Shown: in pieces, positions 34,961 through 43,436 of the stretch
Layout: each line of letters opens with the position of its first letter
How positions within the stretch are numbered: position 1 is the stretch's first letter
Source: Polyangiales bacterium
Lineage (GTDB): Bacteria; Myxococcota_A; Polyangia; Polyangiales; Ga0077539
Direction of reading: 5' to 3'
Assembly: GCA_044229975.1 (NCBI GenBank)
Contig: JBGARZ010000001.1
Span: forward strand, 32,001-96,000
DNA length: 64,000 nt
The notes under the pieces: generated by a model
Databases searched by the model: none
What the model saw: only the letters and a program-made list of their open reading frames with translations
What the model was told of the DNA's origin: nothing
Position numbers and translations under genes: made by a program

Positions 34961-36768
34961 GTCATCACCTCGAAGATCTCGACCGGCGCCCGCTTCCCGC
35001 GAATCGGATGCGGCCCCAGCGGCGAGAAGCCGAACGCCTCTCCCCCACCGCGCGTCACCTCCATCGTCACCAGCGTCTGCCCCCCGCGCGCGAGGGACTC
35101 CAGGCGCGCCGAGACGTTCACCACGTCGCCGATGGCCGTGTACTCCATGCGCGCCTCGCTCCCGAGGTTGCCCAGCAGCGCCTCGCCGGTGTGCACCCCG
35201 ATGCCCAGCTTCACCTCGATGCCGTAGCGCTCCAGCCACTCGGGCGCGCTCACCTCGACGAAGCGGTGCATGTCCTCGGCGGCTTCCAACGCGGCCTTGC
35301 ACTGCGCCGCGTGGTCGCCCGGGTCGCTTCCGGCGCCCCACACCGCCATCACGCAGTCGCCGATGAACTTGTCGACCATCCCGCCGTGACGAAACACCAC
35401 CTCCGTCAGCACGGTGAAGAGCTCGTTGAGGAAGGCCACCACCCGCTCGGGCGGCGCCTTCTCCGCGAAGGCCGTGAAGGCCACCACGTCGGCGAAGAGC
35501 ACCGTCACCTGCCGACGATCGCCTCCCAGCGCCAGCGACGCGCGCCCCTCCGCCACCGAGCGCGCCACCTCCGCGGGGAGGAAGCGCGACAGGTCGTTTT
35601 CCACCTTGGCGAGCCGGCCGACCTCTCGCTCGCTCGCGACGAGCGTGTCGGCCATGGACTCCATCGCAGCGCCCAGCGCTTCGAGCTCGTCGCCCGTTCG
35701 CACCGTCGAGCGCGCCGCAAACTGCCTCGCCGCGTAGGCCCTTGTGAGCGCCACGAGCCCGGCGATGGGCCGCGTGGTGCGCGCCCCGAGCCACGCACCG
35801 ACCACCACCGCGAGCGCCACGAGGCCAGCCACGCTGCCCATGAGCAGCTCGCGCATCTTCGCAAGCGACTGGAACACCTCGCGCTGCGGCCGCCGCACCA
35901 GCACCGCCCACTGCCGCGCCGGGAGCGTGAGCAGCGATCCCACCATGGGCTCGGCCCCCTGGTAGTCCTCGGTGAGCTGCAACGGCCGCGCGAAGCCATC
36001 TTCGGAGATGCGGGCGCGCGAGAAGATCTCACGTCCTGCCATGGACGCGCCCACGGGCATGCCGGGCCCGCGCGAGAGCAGCCGCAGCGCACGGTCGACG
36101 ACGAGCACGCGGTCAGCCTGCCCGAAGCGGTCGCGGGAGATGTTGCCGACGGTGTCTTCGATCCATCGTGGCGAGACGGAGCCGATGACCCACCCGCGGA
36201 GCTGGTCGTCCCGCATCAGCGCGATGACGAAGCGCAGCGTGACCCCGTTGGGCCCGAACTCGGGCACCGCCCACTCGCCGAACTCGGGCCTTCGCCCGCG
36301 CACCTCGGCCGGAATCTGCCGCGGGGCCGCGGGCTCCGGAGACTCGCCGACGCGCGCGATGGTGTCGACGTACTCGCCGTCGGGTCGGTAGATCGCGACG
36401 TGCTGTAGCGCTGCGGCGCGGGCCAGGATCTCCCGCGCGATGAAGAGCCTCGCCTCGTCGTCGGCGATGCGCCCCTCGGTGAGCACGCGCCCGAGGCGCA
36501 GGGTGGCCTCGCCCGCGTAGTCGAGGTCGCGATCGAGGGAGTCGCCCACGCGATCACACACGGCGAGCTCGAGCTCCTGCTCGGCGCGGTGCAGGCCCGC
36601 GCGCTGGAGGCGCAGCGTGAACACCGCGAGCGCCGCGATGGGGACGAGCGCCATGACGAGGAGCACCGCGGTCCATCGAGAGCGCAACGACAGGCTAACG
36701 CGGCGCGCAGGGGTTGTAGTGGGCGCTGACAACGGGATCGTGAGCCTCCGAGAGTCAGCGTACGCCAC
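34957..36768 (-). CDS. Class III adenylate cyclase with Cache-like periplasmic sensor and HAMP domain
   Basis: TM, periplasmic domain, TM, GDELEALG..M (HAMP), VLFADVVAFT, DKFIGDCVMA, EYTAIGDVVNVSARLE. Start codon uncertain. Confidence 0.93.
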   Translation of the reverse strand: MAYADSRRLTIPLSAPTTTPARRVSLSLRSRWTAVLLVMALVPIAALAVFTLRLQRAGLHRAEQELELAVCDRVGDSLDRDLDYAGEATLRLGRVLTEGRIADDEARLFIAREILARAAALQHVAIYRPDGEYVDTIARVGESPEPAAPRQIPAEVRGRRPEFGEWAVPEFGPNGVTLRFVIALMRDDQLRGWVIGSVSPRWIEDTVGNISRDRFGQADRVLVVDRALRLLSRGPGMPVGASMAGREIFSRARISEDGFARPLQLTEDYQGAEPMVGSLLTLPARQWAVLVRRPQREVFQSLAKMRELLMGSVAGLVALAVVVGAWLGARTTRPIAGLVALTRAYAARQFAARSTVRTGDELEALGAAMESMADTLVASEREVGRLAKVENDLSRFLPAEVARSVAEGRASLALGGDRRQVTVLFADVVAFTAFAEKAPPERVVAFLNELFTVLTEVVFRHGGMVDKFIGDCVMAVWGAGSDPGDHAAQCKAALEAAEDMHRFVEVSAPEWLERYGIEVKLGIGVHTGEALLGNLGSEARMEYTAIGDVVNVSARLESLARGGQTLVTMEVTRGGGEAFGFSPLGPHPIRGKRAPVEIFEVMT

Positions 36769-36849
36769 GACTTCCGCCCCGCGATAGACACTCCTCGGCG
36801 CGGTGATGCTTCGGCGCAGGGAGTGTGGTGGAATGCCAGGGGCAGCGCG

Positions 36850-37806
36850 ATGACCGACCAGACGTTCAGCCTCGCTCGAAGCCGGTGTCGATGGGCGTTT
36901 GCGCTCTGCCTCGCGCTCACCACCGGATGCCCGGGCATCGCCATCGTCGGCGGCGACCTCCCCTCACAGGACGACTCCTCCCTCAGCGACCTCGGCGCCG
37001 ACGTCCCGGCCGAAGACCGCGGCGCAAACGCCGACGGCGGTGATGTCCCCGACGCAACGGACGTCGCGGACGCCGGGGACGCAGACGACGTGTCGGACGC
37101 GTCGCTCGTCGACCTCGTCGCGGCCGATCTCGTCGCGGCCGATCTCGTCGACCTCGATCTCCCTGTTGTGGATGTGCCCACGATCGACGTGCCCACGATC
37201 GACGTGCCCACGATCGACGTGCCCACGATCGATGTGCCCACGATCGATGTGCCCACGATCGACGTGCCCACGATCGATGTGCCCGCCATGGACGCCGGCC
37301 TGCCCGACGTTCCGGTGGTCGACGTGCCTTCGCCGGACGTCTCCGTCGACCGCCCCGACGTTCAGGTGGTCGACACGCCGTCGCAAGATGTCGCCGTCGA
37401 CCGGGTCGATGTCGTCGCGGTCGAGGACATCTCGGCGGTCACTCCCGATCGCCCCGACGCAGGCTTCCCCGACAGCGGTATCCCCGACGCTGGAACTCCC
37501 GACGTTGGCTGCGGCGGGCGCCTGCTGTGCGACGGCGAGTGCGTCAACACGTCGACCGACCCACGCCACTGCGGTGGCTGCGGGACGGCCTGCGCCACGG
37601 GTCAGACCTGCACCGACGGCATGTGCCGCGGCCTCGTCTCGATGGACGCCTCCTCCTGCGTGACGCCGCTCGTGGGCTGCCCCGAAGGCTGCGTCAACAC
37701 GCTGAACAACCCGCGCAACTGTGGTGCCTGCGGGACCATCTGCTCGACCGGGACCACGTGCCTCTCCGGCGCGTGCCGACCGCCGACCGAGGCCGGCGTG
37801 AATTGA
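36850..37806 (+). CDS. Cys-rich lipoprotein with long Asp-periodic stalk
   Basis: Lipobox TTG-C, DVPTI repeats, two C.N...DP.HCG.CG..C repeats. Confidence 0.85.
   Translation: MTDQTFSLARSRCRWAFALCLALTTGCPGIAIVGGDLPSQDDSSLSDLGADVPAEDRGANADGGDVPDATDVADAGDADDVSDASLVDLVAADLVAADLVDLDLPVVDVPTIDVPTIDVPTIDVPTIDVPTIDVPTIDVPTIDVPAMDAGLPDVPVVDVPSPDVSVDRPDVQVVDTPSQDVAVDRVDVVAVEDISAVTPDRPDAGFPDSGIPDAGTPDVGCGGRLLCDGECVNTSTDPRHCGGCGTACATGQTCTDGMCRGLVSMDASSCVTPLVGCPEGCVNTLNNPRNCGACGTICSTGTTCLSGACRPPTEAGVN
37171..37284. repeat. 15-bp tandem repeat GA(C/T)GTGCCCACGATC, 7 full copies plus a partial
   Basis: Directly visible; encodes DVPTI. Confidence 0.95.
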
Positions 37807-40742
37807 CCGCCCGCGGCGTGGGGGCACGCCAGGGAGCCAGGTTTCTTCCGCGCGAGGTCGACCGGGCGGGCGCCGCGCTCGCGCTCTCCCAGGCGCGTGA
37901 CCATGGCCTCGACCTCGACCTCGCCGCAGCGCGCGCCATCATCGAACACCTCGGAGCCGGTGCCCCCGGGGTGCTCCCGATCCTCTTCCGCCACGAGGGC
38001 TTGCTGCGACGGCTCTCGGTCGAGCTCGATGGGCAACAGCTCGTCCGCGCTCCGTCGCCGACGTTCGCGGTGTCGCCGGACGACGACCTCGACGCCGTGA
38101 AGGCGGCCCTCCGCCGCGCGCGTGACGAGGCCCTGCTGCGGGTCACGCTGCGCGAGTTGCTCGCGACCGTCGACGTCGACCGAACCGCGCGGGAGTGGTC
38201 CGACGCAGCGAGCGCTTGCATCGACGCGGCGCTGTCGTCGGCCAACGCGATGGCGAGTCGTCGTCACGGCCCACCCCTCGACGCGGACGGTCGGGTCATC
38301 GGGATGACCGCGCTCGGCATGGGCAAGCTCGGCGGGCGCGAGCTCAACCTGGGCTCCGACATCGATGTCTGCCTCTTCTACGCGAGCGACGATGGTGCGG
38401 CGGGCGACTATCCCCTCGCTGTTCACTTCGCGCGCGTCGGCGCGACCTTCGTCAACCTGCTGGCCGACGTCACGGCCCGCGGCTTCGCCTTCCGCGTCGA
38501 CCTCCGCCTGCGCCCCGAAGGGCGACAGGGCCCCATCGCCTGCTCGCGCGCCTCGGCCGAGCGCTACTACCAGACGTGGGGACGCCCCTGGGAGCGCGCC
38601 GCCCTGCTCCGCGCCCGCCCCGTCGCCGGCGACCGCGCGCTGGGCCGCTCGCTGCTCGACGCGCTGCGACCGTTCGTGTTTCGCCGCGAGGTCGACCCGG
38701 CCGTGACCGCGACCCTGCGAGACATGCTCTTCCGCTCGCGCCGCGAGCAGCTCCGCGACGACGCGCGCGACCTCAAGCTCGGGCGTGGAGGCATCCGCGA
38801 GGCGGAGTTCTTCGTGCAGTCGTGGCAGCTCCTGTGGGGCGGACTGCACCCGGTGTTGCAGACGCCCTCCACGCTCCGCGCGCTGTCCCGCCTCCGCGCG
38901 CTCGGGCTCGTCTCCGACCGCGACGCGCGCGACCTCGACGACGCCTGGGGTCTGCTCCGGCGCGTCGAGCACCGCGTGCAAGCCGGCGCTCCCTACGCCA
39001 CGCACGCCCTCCCCGAAGATCCGACGCGCCTCGCCGCGCTCGCCCGATCGCTCGGTTACCCCGGCGCCGACGAGCTCATGGCCGCGCTCACCGCGGCGCG
39101 TGACCGCGTGCGCGAGCTCTCCGATGGCCTCGCGGACCACCTCGCCCGCCCGACGCTGCGCGCCGATCCCCTCGCGGCGACCTCGCGCCTCGCTCGACGG
39201 GTGACCGCCAACCGCGATGACCCGTCGCTCGGCGAGCGTGTCGTCGAAGCGCTCGGAGTACGCGACGCCGACGCCGCCGTCATCGAGCTGCGCCGCCTCG
39301 CGCGCCGACCTGACCTCCCGCTGGGCGCCGAGACCACCGCGGACGTGTCGGAGTTCGGTCCGCGCCTGCTCGCGGAGGTGCGCGACGCGCCTGACCCCGA
39401 CCTCGCGCTCTCGCATGTGGCCACGCTCTTCGAGCGCGTCTACGCGCCGCGCCAGTACGCCCGCTGGCTGCTCGACCGCCCGTCGTTGCTACGCGGCCTC
39501 GTCGGGCTCTTCGGCGCCAGCGAGCCGCTGTCCCGCTCGCTGCTCGCGCGTCCGCAGCTCATCGAGACCTTCGTCACCCACAGCGCCGCCCCCGACCCCG
39601 CGGAGATCCGCGCCTCCGTCGACGCGGCCGCGACCGACTCCGACGGCGACGCCGAGGCGATCGTCGGCAACCTCCGACGCGCCATGAGGGAGGTGATGCT
39701 CTCCGTCGGGGTCGCCGACCTCGCGGGTGAGCTCGCGCCCCAGCAGGTGAGCGAGCGGCTCTCCGCGCTCGCCGAGGCCGTCGTCACGCGGTGCCTCGAC
39801 CTCGCGGGCGCCGAGTGCCGCGCCCGCTTCGGAACCCTCGTCCCCGACGAACCCCTCGCAGGCATCGGGGTCGTCGCGCTCGGGAGCCTGGCCGCGAGCG
39901 AGCTCAGCCACGGCGGCGACCTCGACCTGCTCTTCCTCCACGGCCACGACGACGACCGCGTCACCTCTGGCGGCACGCGTGGCGCGATCACGGCCCCTGA
40001 GTACGCCATCCGCCTCGCCCAGCGAACGCTCTCCCTCCTCTCCGCCTCCCACGACGCGGGTCCCGGCTACGCGATCGACACGCGCCTGCGCCCCTCTGGC
40101 GCGCAGGGAACCCTCGTCACCTCGCTCCCCTCGTTTGTCCGCCATCACCGCGCGTCGGACTCCTGGGAGCGACAGGCCCTCGTGCGTGCGCGGCCGGTGA
40201 CGGGCGACCCGACCTTCTGCGCGACGCTCCGCGAGACCCTCGTGGCGGTGGCCTACGACCGCGGACCCGCGGACCTGGGCGAGCTACGCCGACTGCGCGC
40301 CCGCATGGAGCTGGAGCTCGGTCGCGAAGACCGCGGGGCCACCTCCCTCAAGTACGGGCGCGGCGGCCTCGTCGACGTGGAGTTTGTCGTCCAGGCGCTC
40401 CAGATGAACCACGGCGCCGACCCCTCGGTGCGCGCGCCCAACACCCGCGCGGCGCTGCTCGCCCTGCGCGGCGGTGGCTACCTCGACGAAGCCGCCGCCG
40501 AGACGCTGCTCCAGGCCGAGTCGTCGCTTCGTGCGCTGCTCCACGCGACCCGGCTCGCCACCCACCGGAGCGTGGTGATCCCGTCATCCCCCGCGACGGT
40601 CGCCATCGCCCGACGCCTCGGCTACCGCGACCGCGCCGACCGCAGCGCCCTCGACGCCCTGCTCGCCGACCTTGCCCGCACCCGCGACGCCACCCGGCGC
40701 GTCTTCCGCGACGTCCTGGCCCGCCTCGATCGATCGACCTGA
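37803..40742 (+). CDS. glnE: Bifunctional glutamine synthetase adenylyltransferase/deadenylyltransferase
   Basis: GMGKLGGRELNLGSDID, FRVDLRLRPEG, WERAALLRAR, LKLGRGGIREAEF; second domain DTRLRPSG.QG, WERQALVRAR, KYGRGGLVDVEF. Start TTG 37803 or GTG 37818. Confidence 0.94.
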   Translation: MTARGVGARQGARFLPREVDRAGAALALSQARDHGLDLDLAAARAIIEHLGAGAPGVLPILFRHEGLLRRLSVELDGQQLVRAPSPTFAVSPDDDLDAVKAALRRARDEALLRVTLRELLATVDVDRTAREWSDAASACIDAALSSANAMASRRHGPPLDADGRVIGMTALGMGKLGGRELNLGSDIDVCLFYASDDGAAGDYPLAVHFARVGATFVNLLADVTARGFAFRVDLRLRPEGRQGPIACSRASAERYYQTWGRPWERAALLRARPVAGDRALGRSLLDALRPFVFRREVDPAVTATLRDMLFRSRREQLRDDARDLKLGRGGIREAEFFVQSWQLLWGGLHPVLQTPSTLRALSRLRALGLVSDRDARDLDDAWGLLRRVEHRVQAGAPYATHALPEDPTRLAALARSLGYPGADELMAALTAARDRVRELSDGLADHLARPTLRADPLAATSRLARRVTANRDDPSLGERVVEALGVRDADAAVIELRRLARRPDLPLGAETTADVSEFGPRLLAEVRDAPDPDLALSHVATLFERVYAPRQYARWLLDRPSLLRGLVGLFGASEPLSRSLLARPQLIETFVTHSAAPDPAEIRASVDAAATDSDGDAEAIVGNLRRAMREVMLSVGVADLAGELAPQQVSERLSALAEAVVTRCLDLAGAECRARFGTLVPDEPLAGIGVVALGSLAASELSHGGDLDLLFLHGHDDDRVTSGGTRGAITAPEYAIRLAQRTLSLLSASHDAGPGYAIDTRLRPSGAQGTLVTSLPSFVRHHRASDSWERQALVRARPVTGDPTFCATLRETLVAVAYDRGPADLGELRRLRARMELELGREDRGATSLKYGRGGLVDVEFVVQALQMNHGADPSVRAPNTRAALLALRGGGYLDEAAAETLLQAESSLRALLHATRLATHRSVVIPSSPATVAIARRLGYRDRADRSALDALLADLARTRDATRRVFRDVLARLDRST

Positions 40743-41210
40743 GAGGGCAGCGCGGATGTCACTCACGATGCCTTCGGTGAGCGCGTCGTCGGGCAGCGTG
40801 AGGGTGAGCGATCGACCGTCGCGCAACCGCAGCAGGAGCCGCTCGGAGGGGTCGCGGCTCCACCCTCCCGCGACCGGAACCGCCTCCGCCGAGGCCACCT
40901 CCGCGAAGGGCCAGCGCTCGTGGAGGTCGGGGTCGCGATCGACGCCGAGCACCTTCGCCTGGTGATCGAGTGTCACGCGCCAGACCGTCCTCGAACGCAG
41001 CGCCGCCACCGCAAGCGCGACCGTGACCAGCGACGCGACGGCGACATACCAGCGCGCGACGGCCCACACGCCCCATCCCCCGCGGAGAAACGCGAGGGTC
41101 GCGAACACCACCACCCCCGCCCCGAAGGCCACGGCGAAGCGGCGCGCGAGTGTGATGTGCGCGCTCTCGTAGATCACCTCCGGCCCCGCGGGCTGCGCCT
41201 GGACTTCCAT
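40584..41210 (-). CDS. Hypothetical membrane protein (2 TM plus PH-like beta domain)
   Basis: Two hydrophobic helices followed by a beta-rich region; TACACT 7 nt upstream of the ATG; 3' end overlaps the glnE end. Confidence 0.65.
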   Translation of the reverse strand: MEVQAQPAGPEVIYESAHITLARRFAVAFGAGVVVFATLAFLRGGWGVWAVARWYVAVASLVTVALAVAALRSRTVWRVTLDHQAKVLGVDRDPDLHERWPFAEVASAEAVPVAGGWSRDPSERLLLRLRDGRSLTLTLPDDALTEGIVSDIRAALSGRSIEAGQDVAEDAPGGVAGAGKVGEQGVEGAAVGAVAVAEASGDGDRRGG

Positions 41211-41361
41211 TGCCGCGAGTGTAGAGCCCAATCACCCGATGGGACCGTGTATCGTTTACGGGTGCCGCGTGAACCAGCCTTCACAAGCCGCCCGCCCCCC
41301 CGCGGGGGGCTACCGACGGCACCCTGGTGACATTCGACGGGGATCCCCGGCTCTGCAACGC

Positions 41362-41377
41362 TGGCCTTGAGGTTGCA
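41362..41377 (+). promoter_or_regulatory. Putative sigma54 promoter
   Basis: TGGCCTTGAGGTTGCA (GG-N10-GC), about 40 nt upstream of ATG 41419 with an AAAGGAG SD. Confidence 0.65.
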
Positions 41378-41418
41378 CCGAGACCCCGCCGACTCTCCCG
41401 AAAGGAGTCTCCACACCT

Positions 41419-42303
41419 ATGAAGACGATCGCCCTCTCCTCGCTTGTCGCCCTCTCCGTGACCCTGCTCTCCTCCGCCGCCCTCGCCCAGCAATGCCCTC
41501 CGGGATCGGTCTGTGCGGGCGCCCAGATCAACACGGGGATCTTCGGCATCGGGGGGAGCATCTCCATCGGTGGCGGCGTCGCCCCGCAGCCCGCCGCGCC
41601 GGTCTACGTACAGCCCGCCGCGCCGGTCTACGTGCAGCAGCCGGTCTACGTGCCGCCGCCTCCTCCGACCGTCGTCTATGTCCAGCAGCCCACGCGCTAC
41701 GTGGTGCAGCAGCCGGTGGCCTACCAGACGACCACCTATCAGTGGGCGGGGCTCCAGCGCGGCCAGACCGTCGGCCTCGGCGCCTTCGCGTCGGGCCTCT
41801 CCTTCGGCGGCCGCGGCAGCGAGAGCGTCTCGCTCTTTGGCGCTGGGGCGACGGTGCGCTTCCGCTACCACCCGTACCTCGCCACCGAGGCGACCCTCGG
41901 CGGGTACTACGGCCGCGACTACAACGGCGACCAGCGCGCCGAGGTGCCCGCGACCCTCAACGAGCTCATCTACTTCAACCCGATGCACCGCCTGCAGGTG
42001 TACGGCATCCTCGGCGTCGGCCTCTCGTGGGCGAGCGTGCAGTACGAGGGCCTCAACGCCATCACCCGCGGCCGCGACAACGCCGGCTACGCGTACATCG
42101 GCGGCCAGGCGGGCCTCGGTCTGGAGTGGCAGATCACCCGCAACTTCTCGCTCTTCACCGACGCCCGGGCGTTCATCCGCACGCGCGTCGATTCGGAGAC
42201 CGAGTCCAACCCGGAGTACTCGCGCACCAACGGCCGCCGCACCGAGACCACCAACACCTCGGCTGGCGTGACCGGTCAGCTCGGCGCGATGTTCTACTTC
42301 TGA
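41419..42303 (+). CDS. Outer-membrane beta-barrel protein (OmpA/W-like, small barrel) with Pro/Val/Tyr/Gln-rich linker
   Basis: Signal peptide, (QPAAPVYV)n repeats, amphipathic strands, C-terminal GAMFYF beta-signal. Confidence 0.85.
   Translation: MKTIALSSLVALSVTLLSSAALAQQCPPGSVCAGAQINTGIFGIGGSISIGGGVAPQPAAPVYVQPAAPVYVQQPVYVPPPPPTVVYVQQPTRYVVQQPVAYQTTTYQWAGLQRGQTVGLGAFASGLSFGGRGSESVSLFGAGATVRFRYHPYLATEATLGGYYGRDYNGDQRAEVPATLNELIYFNPMHRLQVYGILGVGLSWASVQYEGLNAITRGRDNAGYAYIGGQAGLGLEWQITRNFSLFTDARAFIRTRVDSETESNPEYSRTNGRRTETTNTSAGVTGQLGAMFYF
41587..41652. repeat. 24-bp intragenic repeat encoding QPAAPVYV
   Basis: CAGCCCGCCGCGCCGGTCTACGT(A/G) twice plus a shortened third copy. Confidence 0.75.
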
Positions 42304-42320
42304 GCCGAAGCGTCGGCGCG

Positions 42321-43388
42321 CTACCGCTTCCTGGGGGGAAGCGGTGGCAGGGCCGGCGGGCGCGACAGAAGCGGGCTCTGCACCACCTCCTCCTCCTCGA
42401 CCTCCACCACCTCATCGACGTCCAGCGCCTCGACCGTCTCGACGACGGGCGGTGCGACGGTCACCACGGGTACGCGCGGGAGCGAGCTCGAGGTCAGCCC
42501 CGTCGGAACGCGCACCATCGGCACCTGCATCGTAGGGCGACGCGGAAGACCGGGGATGGAAGGCATTGCGCGCGGGATGCTCAGCGGCGGCGCAGGGCGG
42601 GGCGTCGGCTCGACCGGCGCCGACCCGAGAAACTCATCGAACGACGCGCCCACCTCGGCCGGCGCGACCGGCGGCGCGCTGACGGGCAACAGCGACGCGT
42701 AGGACATCCGCGTCGACATCACCGGCGGGACGGACGCCGGGGCGGGTCGACGTGCGGGCACCGGGGTGGGCATCGCGGCAGGCGGCGTGGAGGCGGGCCG
42801 CGCGACGGGCGGAGCGGGCATCGGCTCGATGGGCGCCGGGAGCACCGACGGCTTCGGCGCGTCGGGCGCCGGCTGCGACACCGGGCGCTCATCGAGCGGG
42901 GGAAAGGGCCCAAGGTCGACGTCGTCCTGAACGACCATGACCATCTCTTCGGCCGCGGTCTCGACGACGGGTGAATCAGAGACCGGGCGCGCCGACGGAG
43001 CACGCATCGACGCGCTGCCTTCGAGGTCTTCGAGGTTCACCGGGGCGGGCAGGATGCGACCGATGCCGCGCACGTCGGTCGGCTGCACGCCGCGCACGGG
43101 CGCGACCTCCACCGGCGGCGCCGCCGGGGCCATCGTCGCGGGCCTGGCGATGACTTCGGGCGGCGCGACGACCGCGGGCTTGATGCTGTGCCCGTTGGTC
43201 GCCATCACCGGAGCAGGTGTGCCGCCCAGCGCCTCCAGGTCCGCCAGCAGGATCGCCGGTCGAACCCGCGTCGTCGGGCGCGAGGGGACGGTGCCGCGCA
43301 GCGCGCTCAGCGCGTCGCCGACCGCTTCGAGATCGACCTGACCCGACGCATCACGCGGGAGCGAGGCTCGGTTCAGTGTTCGTCCCAT
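42321..43388 (-). CDS. Pro-rich, probably disordered hypothetical protein
   Basis: Follows alaS on the same strand with GGAG upstream; Pro/Ala-rich with an acidic patch near the C-terminus. Confidence 0.7.
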   Translation of the reverse strand: MGRTLNRASLPRDASGQVDLEAVGDALSALRGTVPSRPTTRVRPAILLADLEALGGTPAPVMATNGHSIKPAVVAPPEVIARPATMAPAAPPVEVAPVRGVQPTDVRGIGRILPAPVNLEDLEGSASMRAPSARPVSDSPVVETAAEEMVMVVQDDVDLGPFPPLDERPVSQPAPDAPKPSVLPAPIEPMPAPPVARPASTPPAAMPTPVPARRPAPASVPPVMSTRMSYASLLPVSAPPVAPAEVGASFDEFLGSAPVEPTPRPAPPLSIPRAMPSIPGLPRRPTMQVPMVRVPTGLTSSSLPRVPVVTVAPPVVETVEALDVDEVVEVEEEEVVQSPLLSRPPALPPLPPRKR

Positions 43389-43436
43389 GCGATCGCTCCT
43401 TCGCTCCTCGCGCCGATGGTGCCGGAACTCCCCGGC

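Noticed and set aside
40584..40742. Functional 159-nt antisense overlap between glnE and the membrane protein gene
   Set aside because: The overlapping tail is low-complexity and reads like the antisense of glnE; most simply a late stop codon in GC-rich DNA.
41285..41320. c-di-GMP-I riboswitch (AAGCC...GGCTACCGA resembles its 3' arm)
   Set aside because: The upstream GGCAAA...GAAA...GACGC arm is absent, and the element lies upstream of the predicted promoter.
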